64,000 nt of DNA from an uncultured Planctomycetia bacterium (GTDB taxonomy: Bacteria > Omnitrophota > Gorgyraeia > 2-02-FULL-51-18): contig CAZXLF010000003.1 in the NCBI GenBank assembly GCA_964642015.1, positions 36,204 to 100,203 on the forward strand. The letters are read 5' to 3'. The notes under the pieces are model-generated. The model worked only from the letters and a program-made list of their open reading frames with translations, made no database searches and had not been told where the DNA came from. A program made the translations under genes and the position numbers. Positions 18,874-27,714 of the stretch are shown one piece after another (within the stretch, counting starts at the first letter, position 1; each line of letters begins with the position of its first letter).

Positions 18874-19719
18874 ATGCCGTTAGTCAAAGCCAAAATTCGC
18901 GTCGGCCACAGCCCGGATCCGGATGACGCGTTCATGTTCTACGCGATCGCGCATGACAAAATAAAAACCGACGGCATCTCTTTCTCGCACGTGATTGAAG
19001 ACATTGAAAGTCTCAATAAACGTGCGTTTAGATCAGAGCTCGAGGTGACGGCTGTTTCGGCTTATACTTTTTTTCAGATCGCTGATAAATACGCGCTAAT
19101 GCCGTGCGGAGCAAGCATCGGTGATAATTACGGCCCGATCCTTGTTTCAACGAAATCTGTCTACGCAAAAGATTTGGAAGGAAAAAAGATCGCGGTGCCA
19201 GGCATCAACACGACCGCTTATTTAGCGCTACGTCTTTTTTTACCTAACTTTAAGGAGTTCGTGGTCCCATTTGATCAGATATTGGACGTGGTTAAAAAAG
19301 GAGAAGCCGATGCGGGCCTTATCATTCATGAAGGCCAGTTGACTTATGAAAAATTGGGATTCCACAAAGTCGCCGATCTCGGTGAATGGTTCTATGAGAT
19401 GACGAAACTTCCGTTGCCTCTCGGAGTCGATGTGATCCGCAAGAATTTGGGCCGCGATGTGATGCGTAAAGTGACAAAGCTTCTCAAGAACAGCATCGAG
19501 TACGGGCTGAAGAATAGGACCGATGCGCTGACATATGCGATGAAGTTCGGCCGGGGCATCCCGACCGATACGGCTGATCGTTTTGTCGGCATGTACGTCA
19601 ACGATTACACGGTTGATATGGGCAGGAAAGGAAAAGAGGGGCTGCTGACGCTTCAGCGCGCCGCCATTGATTACGGCATCCTTAAGAAATCTCCCAAAAT
19701 AGATTTTGTGGAAATGTGA
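18874..19719 (+). CDS. MqnA/MqnD-family menaquinone (futalosine pathway) biosynthesis protein, probably MqnD-like
   Basis: N-terminal IRVGHSPDPDDAFMFYAIAH matches the SPCPNDTFIFYAL signature of MqnD / periplasmic-binding-fold Mqn proteins. Confidence 0.65.
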   Translation: MPLVKAKIRVGHSPDPDDAFMFYAIAHDKIKTDGISFSHVIEDIESLNKRAFRSELEVTAVSAYTFFQIADKYALMPCGASIGDNYGPILVSTKSVYAKDLEGKKIAVPGINTTAYLALRLFLPNFKEFVVPFDQILDVVKKGEADAGLIIHEGQLTYEKLGFHKVADLGEWFYEMTKLPLPLGVDVIRKNLGRDVMRKVTKLLKNSIEYGLKNRTDALTYAMKFGRGIPTDTADRFVGMYVNDYTVDMGRKGKEGLLTLQRAAIDYGILKKSPKIDFVEM

Positions 19720-21551
19720 TCATGGCAAAAAAGAAACCGCACGGTCAATCCGCAAGTTTTGTCCAAAAATCTTCCGGTTGGATCCGTAAATCAAAAGGGA
19801 TTGACGCGAATCTGAAAGATTATTTTAAAACATACAAAAGTTTTTCATGGAAAAGCGTCGAAAAAGAATTTGATTGGCATAAAACAAAGAAAGTTAATAT
19901 CGTTCATGAGATGATCGACCGTCATGCCGCGGGTCCTCTCAAGAACAAGGTGGCGCTGTATTTTTGGGATCCCACAAAAACCACGGGCCATCCTCACGGA
20001 AGGGACGAGAAATACACGTTCCTTGATCTAAAAAAAGAATCCAGCAAATTCGGCAACGTCTTAAAAAAATTCAAGATCAAAAAAGGCGACAGGATCGCGG
20101 TTTATCTGCCCCGGACCCCGGAGCTTTATATCGCTATTTTGGGGATTCATCGTATCGGCGCGATACCGGTGCCTCTTTTTGAAGCGTTCATGGAGACGGC
20201 AGTGGAAGACCGGTTATCCGATAGCGGTGCCATTGCTATTGTGACTACACCCGAGCTTAAGACAAGAGTGCCGTTCCAAAAGCTGCCTAAATTACAGCAT
20301 CTTTTTCTAGTCACGGAAAAAAAGTTGGCAGCCGCGGCACAGGAAAACGGCATTGAGGAGATGGCCAGTTTAAAAATTCACCAGCATTTTTATCATGATG
20401 AAATGCAATCCGCTGGATCCAGGCTTTCACCTGAATGGTTAAGCTTGAATGACGGGCTTGTGATCCATTACACATCAGGTTCTACCGGCAGGTCCAAAGG
20501 TGTTCTTCATCGTCAATACGCGATGGTCGGACATTATCAGACGGCCAAATGGGCGCTGGACCTGAGGGATGATGATATTTATTGGTGCACGGCCGATCCG
20601 GGCTGGGTGACCGGAACTTCTTACGGAATTTATGGGCCGTGGACGCTTGGTATATCCAGTGTTGTGGTCGGAGGCCGTTTTTCAGCAGAACGCTGGTATC
20701 AGGCGATAGAAAAATATGAAGTAACGATGTGGTACAGTGCGCCGACCGCTTTTAGATTGCTGATGTCCCAAGGAGAAGAGATCGCAAAGAAATACAATTT
20801 GAAAAGTATCCGCCACATATGCTCCGTAGGCGAACCGTTGAATCCGGAGGCGCTCCGATGGATCCGCAAGCTTACCAGTATCGCTCCGCATGAAACCTGG
20901 TGGATGACCGAGACCGGCATGCAGATCATCTGCAATTATCGCAGCCTTGATTTTAAGATTGGCGTGACCGGCAGACCTTTTCCTGGCACTTACGCTTCTG
21001 TGGTCGATGATCACGGCAAAGAAGTGCCGGCAAATACACTGGGACATCTTGTTGTCAGAACGGGCTGGCCTTCCATGATGAAGGCGATATGGAATAATAA
21101 ACAAAAATTCGATGAATACTTCCGTTTTAAGGGATGGTATTTAAGCGGTGACACCGCCTACAAAGATAAAGATGGTTTCATTTGGTTCGCCGGCCGCGCG
21201 GACGATGTGATCAAGACTGCCGGTGAGCGTGTGGGTCCCTTTGAAGTCGAAAGTGCTTTGGTCCAGCATCCGGCAGTGGCGGAAGCGGGCGTGATCGGAA
21301 AACCCGATGAGATCCGAGGCCAGATCATCAAAGCCTTTATCAGTTTAAGGTCGGGGTTTTCCGCTAGCGATCAACTCAAAAAAGAAATAGCCGAATTTGT
21401 AAAAAAGAATCTGGCAGCTCACGCAGCGCCTAGAGAGATAGAGTTCTGCGAACGCGTTCCCAAAACCCGTTCCGGCAAGATCATGCGGAGAGTTCTCAGG
21501 GCCTGGGACCAGGGTGAGCCTGTCGGCGACATTAGCACGATGGAAGAATGA
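19716..21551 (+). CDS. AMP-forming acyl/acetyl-CoA synthetase (Acs family)
   Basis: AMP-binding motif YTSGSTGRSKGV, the Acs-like WWMTETG, and hinge GDTAYKDKDGFIWFAGRADDVIK. The C-terminal Lys motif PKTRSGKIMRR. Confidence 0.8.
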   Translation: MIMAKKKPHGQSASFVQKSSGWIRKSKGIDANLKDYFKTYKSFSWKSVEKEFDWHKTKKVNIVHEMIDRHAAGPLKNKVALYFWDPTKTTGHPHGRDEKYTFLDLKKESSKFGNVLKKFKIKKGDRIAVYLPRTPELYIAILGIHRIGAIPVPLFEAFMETAVEDRLSDSGAIAIVTTPELKTRVPFQKLPKLQHLFLVTEKKLAAAAQENGIEEMASLKIHQHFYHDEMQSAGSRLSPEWLSLNDGLVIHYTSGSTGRSKGVLHRQYAMVGHYQTAKWALDLRDDDIYWCTADPGWVTGTSYGIYGPWTLGISSVVVGGRFSAERWYQAIEKYEVTMWYSAPTAFRLLMSQGEEIAKKYNLKSIRHICSVGEPLNPEALRWIRKLTSIAPHETWWMTETGMQIICNYRSLDFKIGVTGRPFPGTYASVVDDHGKEVPANTLGHLVVRTGWPSMMKAIWNNKQKFDEYFRFKGWYLSGDTAYKDKDGFIWFAGRADDVIKTAGERVGPFEVESALVQHPAVAEAGVIGKPDEIRGQIIKAFISLRSGFSASDQLKKEIAEFVKKNLAAHAAPREIEFCERVPKTRSGKIMRRVLRAWDQGEPVGDISTMEE

Positions 21552-21561
21552 AAGGGGAATC

Positions 21562-21816
21562 ATGTTCGAGAATATGAAAGGAATGATGGAGCAATTTCAA
21601 ATGATGCAGAAGCTTATGGCTGATGAAAATTTCAAGGCTTTTATTTCTCATCCCAAAGTCCAGGAAGTTTTCAGGGACCCTGAATTCAAAGAAGTCGCAA
21701 AGACCAAAGATTTTGCAAAGATACTTTCCAATCCAAAATTTGCTTCGCTGATGCAGGACCCCGAACTTGCAAGTTTAATGGCGAAAATAGATCTGAAAAA
21801 ATTTGTTTCCGGTTGA
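21562..21816 (+). CDS. Small protein with STI1/Hop DP-domain-like repeats
   Basis: AAAGGGGA RBS before MFENMKG. Repeats of HPKVQEVFRDPEF / SNPKFASLMQDPELASLMAKI resemble the NPxxMxxxxDPxxxxxL pattern of DP domains. Confidence 0.45.
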   Translation: MFENMKGMMEQFQMMQKLMADENFKAFISHPKVQEVFRDPEFKEVAKTKDFAKILSNPKFASLMQDPELASLMAKIDLKKFVSG

Positions 21817-21832
21817 ACCGATTAGAAAACGC

Positions 21833-22564
21833 ATGATGATTAAAAAAACGACCACTATTCCTTTAGCGGCTCTCTTCTTATGCCTATTTTGTGTGATTGC
21901 GCTAGCCGGCAATCTGCACGATGAGTGGAAAGATAGCGATGGTGATGGCCGTAAAGAAACCCACATTTTCTATGATGGAGACCAAATAACCGAGATCCAA
22001 ATAGACAAAAATGGGGACGGTAAGCCGGATCAATGGATCCATTTCAAGAACGGCAAGAAATTCACCGCGGAGATAGATACGAATTTTGACGGCAAAGTTG
22101 ACAAGTGGCTCATTTATGATGCTGAGGAAAAGGTTAAGTACGTTGCCAAGGATACGAATCATGACGGCAAGCCTGATCAATGGACGAACATGCTGAAAGG
22201 ACGCAATTTGATCCTCAAGGAATCGGATCGTAACTTTGACGGGAAAATTGATCAAAGAACCCTGCTCCAATGGAATCAGGACAAAAAGCTCCCGGTGGTC
22301 AATAACGGGAGAGTGAGTTATGTTCCAAATCCTGGTTATACTTGGATCTGGAAAGAAGAGGACAATAATTTTGACGGAAAAATCGACGCGTATCTCGTTC
22401 GCGGTAATAACAACCCGCCCAAGGACCGGATCGGCCAGGAAATGAACCCTTTGCCCACAAGGTCTGAAGAGCAAAACAATCCTGATGATAAAAATAAAGA
22501 AAAGACGCCTAGCCGTACGCAAAGGTTGGTGGATAATTTGAATGAGAAATACGGATTAAAATAA
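21833..22564 (+). CDS. Secreted protein with tandem Dx[DN]xDG calcium-binding-like repeats
   Basis: Signal peptide MMIKKTTTIPLAALFLCLFCVIALAG. At least five repeats of N[FGH]DGK[PVI]D[QK]W. The start is uncertain (21803-21836). Confidence 0.5.
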   Translation: MMIKKTTTIPLAALFLCLFCVIALAGNLHDEWKDSDGDGRKETHIFYDGDQITEIQIDKNGDGKPDQWIHFKNGKKFTAEIDTNFDGKVDKWLIYDAEEKVKYVAKDTNHDGKPDQWTNMLKGRNLILKESDRNFDGKIDQRTLLQWNQDKKLPVVNNGRVSYVPNPGYTWIWKEEDNNFDGKIDAYLVRGNNNPPKDRIGQEMNPLPTRSEEQNNPDDKNKEKTPSRTQRLVDNLNEKYGLK

Positions 22565-22565
22565 A

Positions 22566-23477
22566 ATGAAGGTTGTTGCCTGCGGTGCGAGCGGCTTGAT
22601 CGGGAAGTCTTTAACAGAGATGCTCGCACAAAAATATGAACTTGTTTGCCTTCGCCGTAAGCTTGCTCCAGCCCAATCAGATTATTCAGTAAGAGAAGTG
22701 TTGTGGAATCCTCCGTACTTAGCGGATGGCTGGGTGAAAGAGATTGACGGAGCTTATGCGGTGATTAATCTTTCCGGCGAACCTATCGTTGCCAAACGCT
22801 GGACCGCCAAACAAAAAAGCATCCTAAGAACGAGTCGTTTGAATACCACAAAAGCTATTGTTTCGTCCATATCCCAGGTTAAGACAAAACCGAAAGTTTT
22901 GATCAATGCATCCGCGGTGGGTTATTACGGGTCGAGCGGAGATGTTTTCCTCAATGAGATGTCGCCCGCAGGCCAGGATTATCTTTCAGAGCTTTGCGGT
23001 GAATGGGAATCAGAAGCCTTAAAAGCAAAAATGTTCGGCGTGCGCGTTGTTTTATTGCGGACCGGGATCGTTCTTTCTGGTAAAGGCGGCGCGCTATCGA
23101 AGATGCTTCCGCCGTTCAAAATGGGTATCGGCGGACCCTTGGGAAATGGAAGGCAATTTATGAGTTGGATCCATATCGATGATGAGGTTAACGCGATTCT
23201 GAAAACGCTGGAAGATGTTTCTATTGAAGGGCCCGTGAATTTAACTTCGCCCCAGCCTGCGACGATGAAGGAATTCGCCAAAACTTTGGGAGAAATTTTA
23301 AGGCGCCCTTCAGCGTTCCCTGTGCCAGGAGTTGTTTTAAAAATAATTTTGGGTGAGATGTCCGATATGCTTCTTACAGGCCAAAAAGTCATGCCGGACG
23401 TATTATCAAAGTCTGGGTTCCGGTTTAAATATCCTGTTTTGAAGGACGCTCTGAAAGACTTGCTTTCGACTAAATAG
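22566..23477 (+). CDS. YfcH-like NAD-dependent epimerase/dehydratase family protein (SDR fold + DUF1731)
   Basis: N-terminal Rossmann motif MKVVACGASGLIGKSL. Length and C-terminal region are typical of the TIGR01777 family. Confidence 0.7.
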   Translation: MKVVACGASGLIGKSLTEMLAQKYELVCLRRKLAPAQSDYSVREVLWNPPYLADGWVKEIDGAYAVINLSGEPIVAKRWTAKQKSILRTSRLNTTKAIVSSISQVKTKPKVLINASAVGYYGSSGDVFLNEMSPAGQDYLSELCGEWESEALKAKMFGVRVVLLRTGIVLSGKGGALSKMLPPFKMGIGGPLGNGRQFMSWIHIDDEVNAILKTLEDVSIEGPVNLTSPQPATMKEFAKTLGEILRRPSAFPVPGVVLKIILGEMSDMLLTGQKVMPDVLSKSGFRFKYPVLKDALKDLLSTK

Positions 23478-23479
23478 AC

Positions 23480-23508
23480 TTGACATTTAGTTTCGTGAGT
23501 GCTAAAAT
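23480..23508 (+). promoter_or_regulatory. Sigma70-type promoter for rplM-rpsI
   Basis: TTGACA, a 17 nt spacer, then TAAAAT. Followed by the AAGGAGAG RBS. Confidence 0.6.
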
Positions 23509-23529
23509 CCTTTCCCTTTAAGGAGAGAT

Positions 23530-23997
23530 ATGTCCACTTTTTTTGTAAAACCAGCAGATGTTAAAGAAAAGCAGTGGCAGGTGATCGATGCCCAAGGGCA
23601 GGTTGTCGGTCGTTTGGCGGCAAGAATTTCCCGCATATTGAGCGGCAAGACGAAAACTGATTATACGCCAAGCGTGGAAACAGGCGATGGCGTCATTGTG
23701 GTCAACGCCAAAGATGTGATTGTTACCGGCTCCAAAGCCAAAACAAAGATCTATAAATCATTTTCGGGTTTTCCCGGCGGACAAACGGAAAGGACCTTTG
23801 AGCGTGTCATGTCTGAGGATCCGACTTTTGCGATCAAGCATGCCGTCAAAGGAATGCTGCCTAAATCTAGACTTGGCAAGAGAATGATCACGCGGCTTCT
23901 GGTTTATCCGGGCGCGGAACATCCTCACGCGGCTCAAGTCCACGCAAAATCATCCAAGAAATCTTCAAGCGCACAAGCGAAAAAGGAAAAGAAGTAA
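23530..23997 (+). CDS. rplM: 50S ribosomal protein L13 with a Lys/Ser-rich C-terminal tail
   Basis: MSTFFVKPADVKEKQWQVIDAQGQVVGRLAARISRILSGK matches the L13 N-terminus. Confidence 0.92.
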   Translation: MSTFFVKPADVKEKQWQVIDAQGQVVGRLAARISRILSGKTKTDYTPSVETGDGVIVVNAKDVIVTGSKAKTKIYKSFSGFPGGQTERTFERVMSEDPTFAIKHAVKGMLPKSRLGKRMITRLLVYPGAEHPHAAQVHAKSSKKSSSAQAKKEKK

Positions 23998-24414
23998 ATG
24001 TCTTCAACTGATACATTGAAAGCTCCCGAAGCTAAAGATCTGGGAACCGGAAGAAGGAAGGAAGCTACGGCGAGAGTGCAGCTTTTTAAAGGTTCAGGTG
24101 TTATCCAGGTCAACAAAAAAGATATCAAAAAATATTTTGGACGGCCAACATTGCAAATGATCGTAAGGCAACCTCTGGAAGCTATGCAACTCAATGACAA
24201 AGTGGACGTGATCGCCAATGTTCGCGGCGGCGGTCTTGCCGGTCAGGCAGGCGCGGTTCGTCATGCAATCTCCAGAGCCCTCATAAAATTCGACGAGACA
24301 CTCAAGCCTCTCCTGCGTCGCGGGGACTATTTAACGCGTGACCCGCGCATGAAGGAGCGTAAGAAGTACGGGCGCAAGGGCGCAAGGCGCAGGTTCCAAT
24401 TCTCGAAGAGATAG
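23998..24414 (+). CDS. rpsI: 30S ribosomal protein S9
   Basis: The C-terminus [19 protein letters not shown]...[25 protein letters not shown] is the S9 signature. Confidence 0.93.
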   Translation: MSSTDTLKAPEAKDLGTGRRKEATARVQLFKGSGVIQVNKKDIKKYFGRPTLQMIVRQPLEAMQLNDKVDVIANVRGGGLAGQAGAVRHAISRALIKFDETLKPLLRRGDYLTRDPRMKERKKYGRKGARRRFQFSKR

Positions 24415-24465
24415 TGTCAATTTCCGAATAAGCCAGTTTTCAATAATTTACATAACTCTAAGAGT

Positions 24466-24500
24466 AGCCGAGCCTTACGCTCGGCTTTATTATTTATTTT
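24466..24500 (+). terminator. Rho-independent terminator after rpsI
   Basis: Perfect 8-bp stem AGCCGAGC / GCTCGGCT with loop CTTAC, followed by TTTATTATTTATTTTTT. Confidence 0.7.
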
Positions 24501-24529
24501 TTGACAGAAACTAAAATCGTCTCTATAAT
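24501..24529 (+). promoter_or_regulatory. Consensus sigma70 promoter of the arg operon
   Basis: TTGACA, a 17 nt spacer, then TATAAT (perfect consensus hexamers) about 45 nt upstream of argC. Confidence 0.65.
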
Positions 24530-24571
24530 ATTGAGTTTATTTCGCTTACGTCAATAAAACAAGGCAGTGAA

Positions 24572-25600
24572 ATGACAAAAAGAATAAACGTCGGAGTAGT
24601 GGGAGCAACCGGCTACACCGGCGAAGAATTGGTTCGGATCCTTGCGGATCATCCGCATATCAAGCTAACATATCTTTCAGGCAAAGAAGACCGAGAAGTT
24701 AAGATCCAGGATATTTTTCCTTACCTTCATCACAAGCTCGATCTGGAGTGCCGGACGTTCTCGCCCGGCGAGGCCTCCGAAAAATGTGATCTTGTTTTTC
24801 TTTCGCTTCCTCATACCGTTTCTATGCAAACGGCTCCGAATTTATTGAAGGCAAAAAAGAAGGTGATCGACATCAGCGCGGATTACCGGTTAAAAGATGA
24901 AGCGGTCTACGAAAAATTTTACAAGGTTCAGCATCGCGATACAGCGAATTTAAAACACGCGGTCTACGGCTTGCCTGAGATCAATCGGGAGAAAATATCC
25001 GACGCCGATCTCGTTGCGAACCCCGGCTGTTATCCGACAGGTGCTATTCTCGGACTTTTACCGGGAATAAAGAAAAGCCTGTTTAACCTCGAGACGATAC
25101 AGATCGATGCCAAAAGCGGCGTGACAGGCGCTGGCCGTAAAGCCGATAAAGCTCTGAACTTTTCCGAGGTGAATGAATCGTTCAAGGCTTACAAGCTTTT
25201 TGAACATCAGCATGTGCCCGAGATTGACCAGGAAATATCCAAGACCGCAAAAGAGAATGTGGAAGTGGTTTTTGTGCCGCATCTTTTGCCGATCAATCGC
25301 GGTATTCTGAGCACGATTTATGTAAAACTGAAGAAAAAATTGACAACCAAGGAACTGATCGCTGTATATACGGATTTTTATTCAAAAGAGCCGTTCGTGA
25401 AAGTCTATGAAAATGGCTTATTGCCAGAAATTAAAAATGTGGCGCACACTAATTTTTGCGATATCGGCCTGAGGGTGAATGAATCTAAAAGCATGGCTGT
25501 GATCGTTACGGCAATAGATAACCTGGGAAAAGGCGCGGCCGGGCAAGCAGTGCAAAACATGAACATCATGTGCGGTTTTGACGAAAGAGAAGGTTTTTAG
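24572..25600 (+). CDS. argC: N-acetyl-gamma-glutamyl-phosphate reductase
   Basis: Start VGVVGATGYTGEELVRIL; active-site region NPGCYPT. Confidence 0.93.
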   Translation: MTKRINVGVVGATGYTGEELVRILADHPHIKLTYLSGKEDREVKIQDIFPYLHHKLDLECRTFSPGEASEKCDLVFLSLPHTVSMQTAPNLLKAKKKVIDISADYRLKDEAVYEKFYKVQHRDTANLKHAVYGLPEINREKISDADLVANPGCYPTGAILGLLPGIKKSLFNLETIQIDAKSGVTGAGRKADKALNFSEVNESFKAYKLFEHQHVPEIDQEISKTAKENVEVVFVPHLLPINRGILSTIYVKLKKKLTTKELIAVYTDFYSKEPFVKVYENGLLPEIKNVAHTNFCDIGLRVNESKSMAVIVTAIDNLGKGAAGQAVQNMNIMCGFDEREGF

Positions 25601-25602
25601 GG

Positions 25603-26826
25603 ATGAAAATGATCCGCGGCGGCGTGACCGCTCCGATCGGTTTTAAAGCGAACGGCCTTTTTTGTGGCATCAAGAAGTCTAAGAAAAGAGATTTGGCACT
25701 TGTGGTGTCCGAAAAGCTTTGCGATGCGGCGGGGGTTTTTACGACTAATAAAGTGCAAGCATCCTGTGTGGTGATCAACAAAGAGCATTTGAAGGATTCC
25801 AAGGCGCAAGCGATCATCGCTAATTCGGGCAATGCCAATTGCATGACCGGCAAAAGCGGGTTTGATAACTCAAGAGCCATGGCTGTGCAGACAGCCAGGC
25901 TTTTGAAGATCAATAAAAAAAATGTTCTGGTGGCTTCTACCGGAGTGATCGGCAAACCGCTTCCGATCAAAAAAATAACAGCTTCCTTGCCTGAGCTCGT
26001 GAAAGGTCTAAGCAAAAAAGGCAGCGAGTATGCAGCCGCCGGTATCTTGACCACAGACCGGATGGTCAAAGAATTGGCTGTTGAATTTCAGATCGGCCGG
26101 AGACGTGTCAGAGTCGGAGCGATAGCGAAAGGCGCCGGCATGATCCACCCGCATATGGCGCTGCATACACCGAAACATGCGACAATGCTTTGTTTTGTAA
26201 CAACCGATGCGGTCATTACACCGACAGCGCTTCGCGATGCGTTGGACAAAGCTGCATCGAAGACGTTTAACACGATCACCATAGACGGTGACATGTCCAC
26301 AAATGATATGGTGGTCGTTCTTGCGAACGGCATGGCTCAGAACAAAAAGATCGCGGAGAAAACCAAAGAATTCAGGATATTTTTGAAAGCACTTGAAACG
26401 ATATTCCTGGCATTGGCTAAACAAATGGTACGTGATGCCGAAGGTGCGACAAAATTTGTCGAAGTTTCCGTCAAACATGCTCAGACACTTGAGGATGCAA
26501 GGAATATTGCAAAATCTGTGGCAAAATCCAGTTTAGTCAAGTGCGCTTTGTTCGGTTGCGACCCGAATTGGGGGAGAATTGCAGCAGCGGCTGGTTATGC
26601 CAATGCCCATGTGGATCCGTGGAAGATGCATATTTATTTAGGCAAAGAGCTTGTTTTGAAAAATGGCGGGCGCGTTAAACAGAGCACGGCGGCTCTTAAC
26701 CGGGTATTTGCTCAGAAAAATATCAAGATCACGGTGGACATTGGCCTTGGTAAATATGGCGCAACTGCCTACACCTGTGATTTTTCTACAGGTTATGTGC
26801 GGATTAATTCTGCGTACCGGACCTGA
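25603..26826 (+). CDS. argJ: Bifunctional glutamate N-acetyltransferase / amino-acid acetyltransferase
   Basis: ArgJ autoproteolysis site context ATMLCFVTTDA. Family length is right. Confidence 0.92.
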   Translation: MKMIRGGVTAPIGFKANGLFCGIKKSKKRDLALVVSEKLCDAAGVFTTNKVQASCVVINKEHLKDSKAQAIIANSGNANCMTGKSGFDNSRAMAVQTARLLKINKKNVLVASTGVIGKPLPIKKITASLPELVKGLSKKGSEYAAAGILTTDRMVKELAVEFQIGRRRVRVGAIAKGAGMIHPHMALHTPKHATMLCFVTTDAVITPTALRDALDKAASKTFNTITIDGDMSTNDMVVVLANGMAQNKKIAEKTKEFRIFLKALETIFLALAKQMVRDAEGATKFVEVSVKHAQTLEDARNIAKSVAKSSLVKCALFGCDPNWGRIAAAAGYANAHVDPWKMHIYLGKELVLKNGGRVKQSTAALNRVFAQKNIKITVDIGLGKYGATAYTCDFSTGYVRINSAYRT

Positions 26827-26850
26827 TCTGGGCAAGTCGGAGGATTTGAA

Positions 26851-27714
26851 ATGGAAGAGATGATCAAAAAGGCGGATGTGCTGATCGAGGCATTGCCTTA
26901 TATCCAGAGCTTTTACGATAAGACGATTGTGATCAAGTACGGCGGCGCGGCCATGACTGATCCGGTGATCCGTCGCGAGGTGCTTGAAGATATCGTTTTC
27001 ATGAGCTATGTGGGCATGAGGCCGCTTTTAGTTCATGGCGGAGGACCTTTTATTTCCAAAAGACTTGAGGAAATGAACAAAGAGGTCAAGTTCGTCAAGG
27101 GTTATCGCGTGACCGATGAGGAAACCATGGAGGTTGTCGAAGAAGAGCTTACCAAGATCAATCGCGAAATCGTGCGGGAAATAATTTCTCTTGGAGGAAG
27201 CGCAATTTCTTTGAGCGGGAACGAAGATCATTTAATCGAGGTTAAAAAGCATCCCGATGTTGACGGACAGGATATTGGATTTGTCGGTGAGATCACAAAA
27301 ATAAACGGCGATGTGATTCAGCGAATGCTGACAAGCGATATCATTCCCGTGATATCGCCGATCGGGATTGGCAAGGACAATTTTACTTACAATGTGAATG
27401 CCGATCAGGCTGCGGCCGAGATTGCCAGAAGCTTGAGAGCTCAAAAACTTGTGTTGTTGACCAATGTGCGCGGCGTCATGACTGATCAATCGAATCCCGA
27501 AACTTTGTTGACTCATGCTTCCGAAGAAGATATTGAAGCGATGATAAAATCAAAAGTAGTGAGCGGTGGGATGATCCCTAAAGTCAGAGCGTGCCTCAGG
27601 GCACTTGATCGCGGTGTCAAAAAAACACACATTATCGACGGAAAGATCCCTCATGGGATCTTGTTGGAAATTTTTACTGACAAAGGTATTGGCACTGAAA
27701 TAGTGAAGCGCTAA
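26851..27714 (+). CDS. argB: Acetylglutamate kinase
   Basis: VIKYGGAAM amino-acid-kinase motif; the LVHGGGP region. Confidence 0.93.
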   Translation: MEEMIKKADVLIEALPYIQSFYDKTIVIKYGGAAMTDPVIRREVLEDIVFMSYVGMRPLLVHGGGPFISKRLEEMNKEVKFVKGYRVTDEETMEVVEEELTKINREIVREIISLGGSAISLSGNEDHLIEVKKHPDVDGQDIGFVGEITKINGDVIQRMLTSDIIPVISPIGIGKDNFTYNVNADQAAAEIARSLRAQKLVLLTNVRGVMTDQSNPETLLTHASEEDIEAMIKSKVVSGGMIPKVRACLRALDRGVKKTHIIDGKIPHGILLEIFTDKGIGTEIVKR

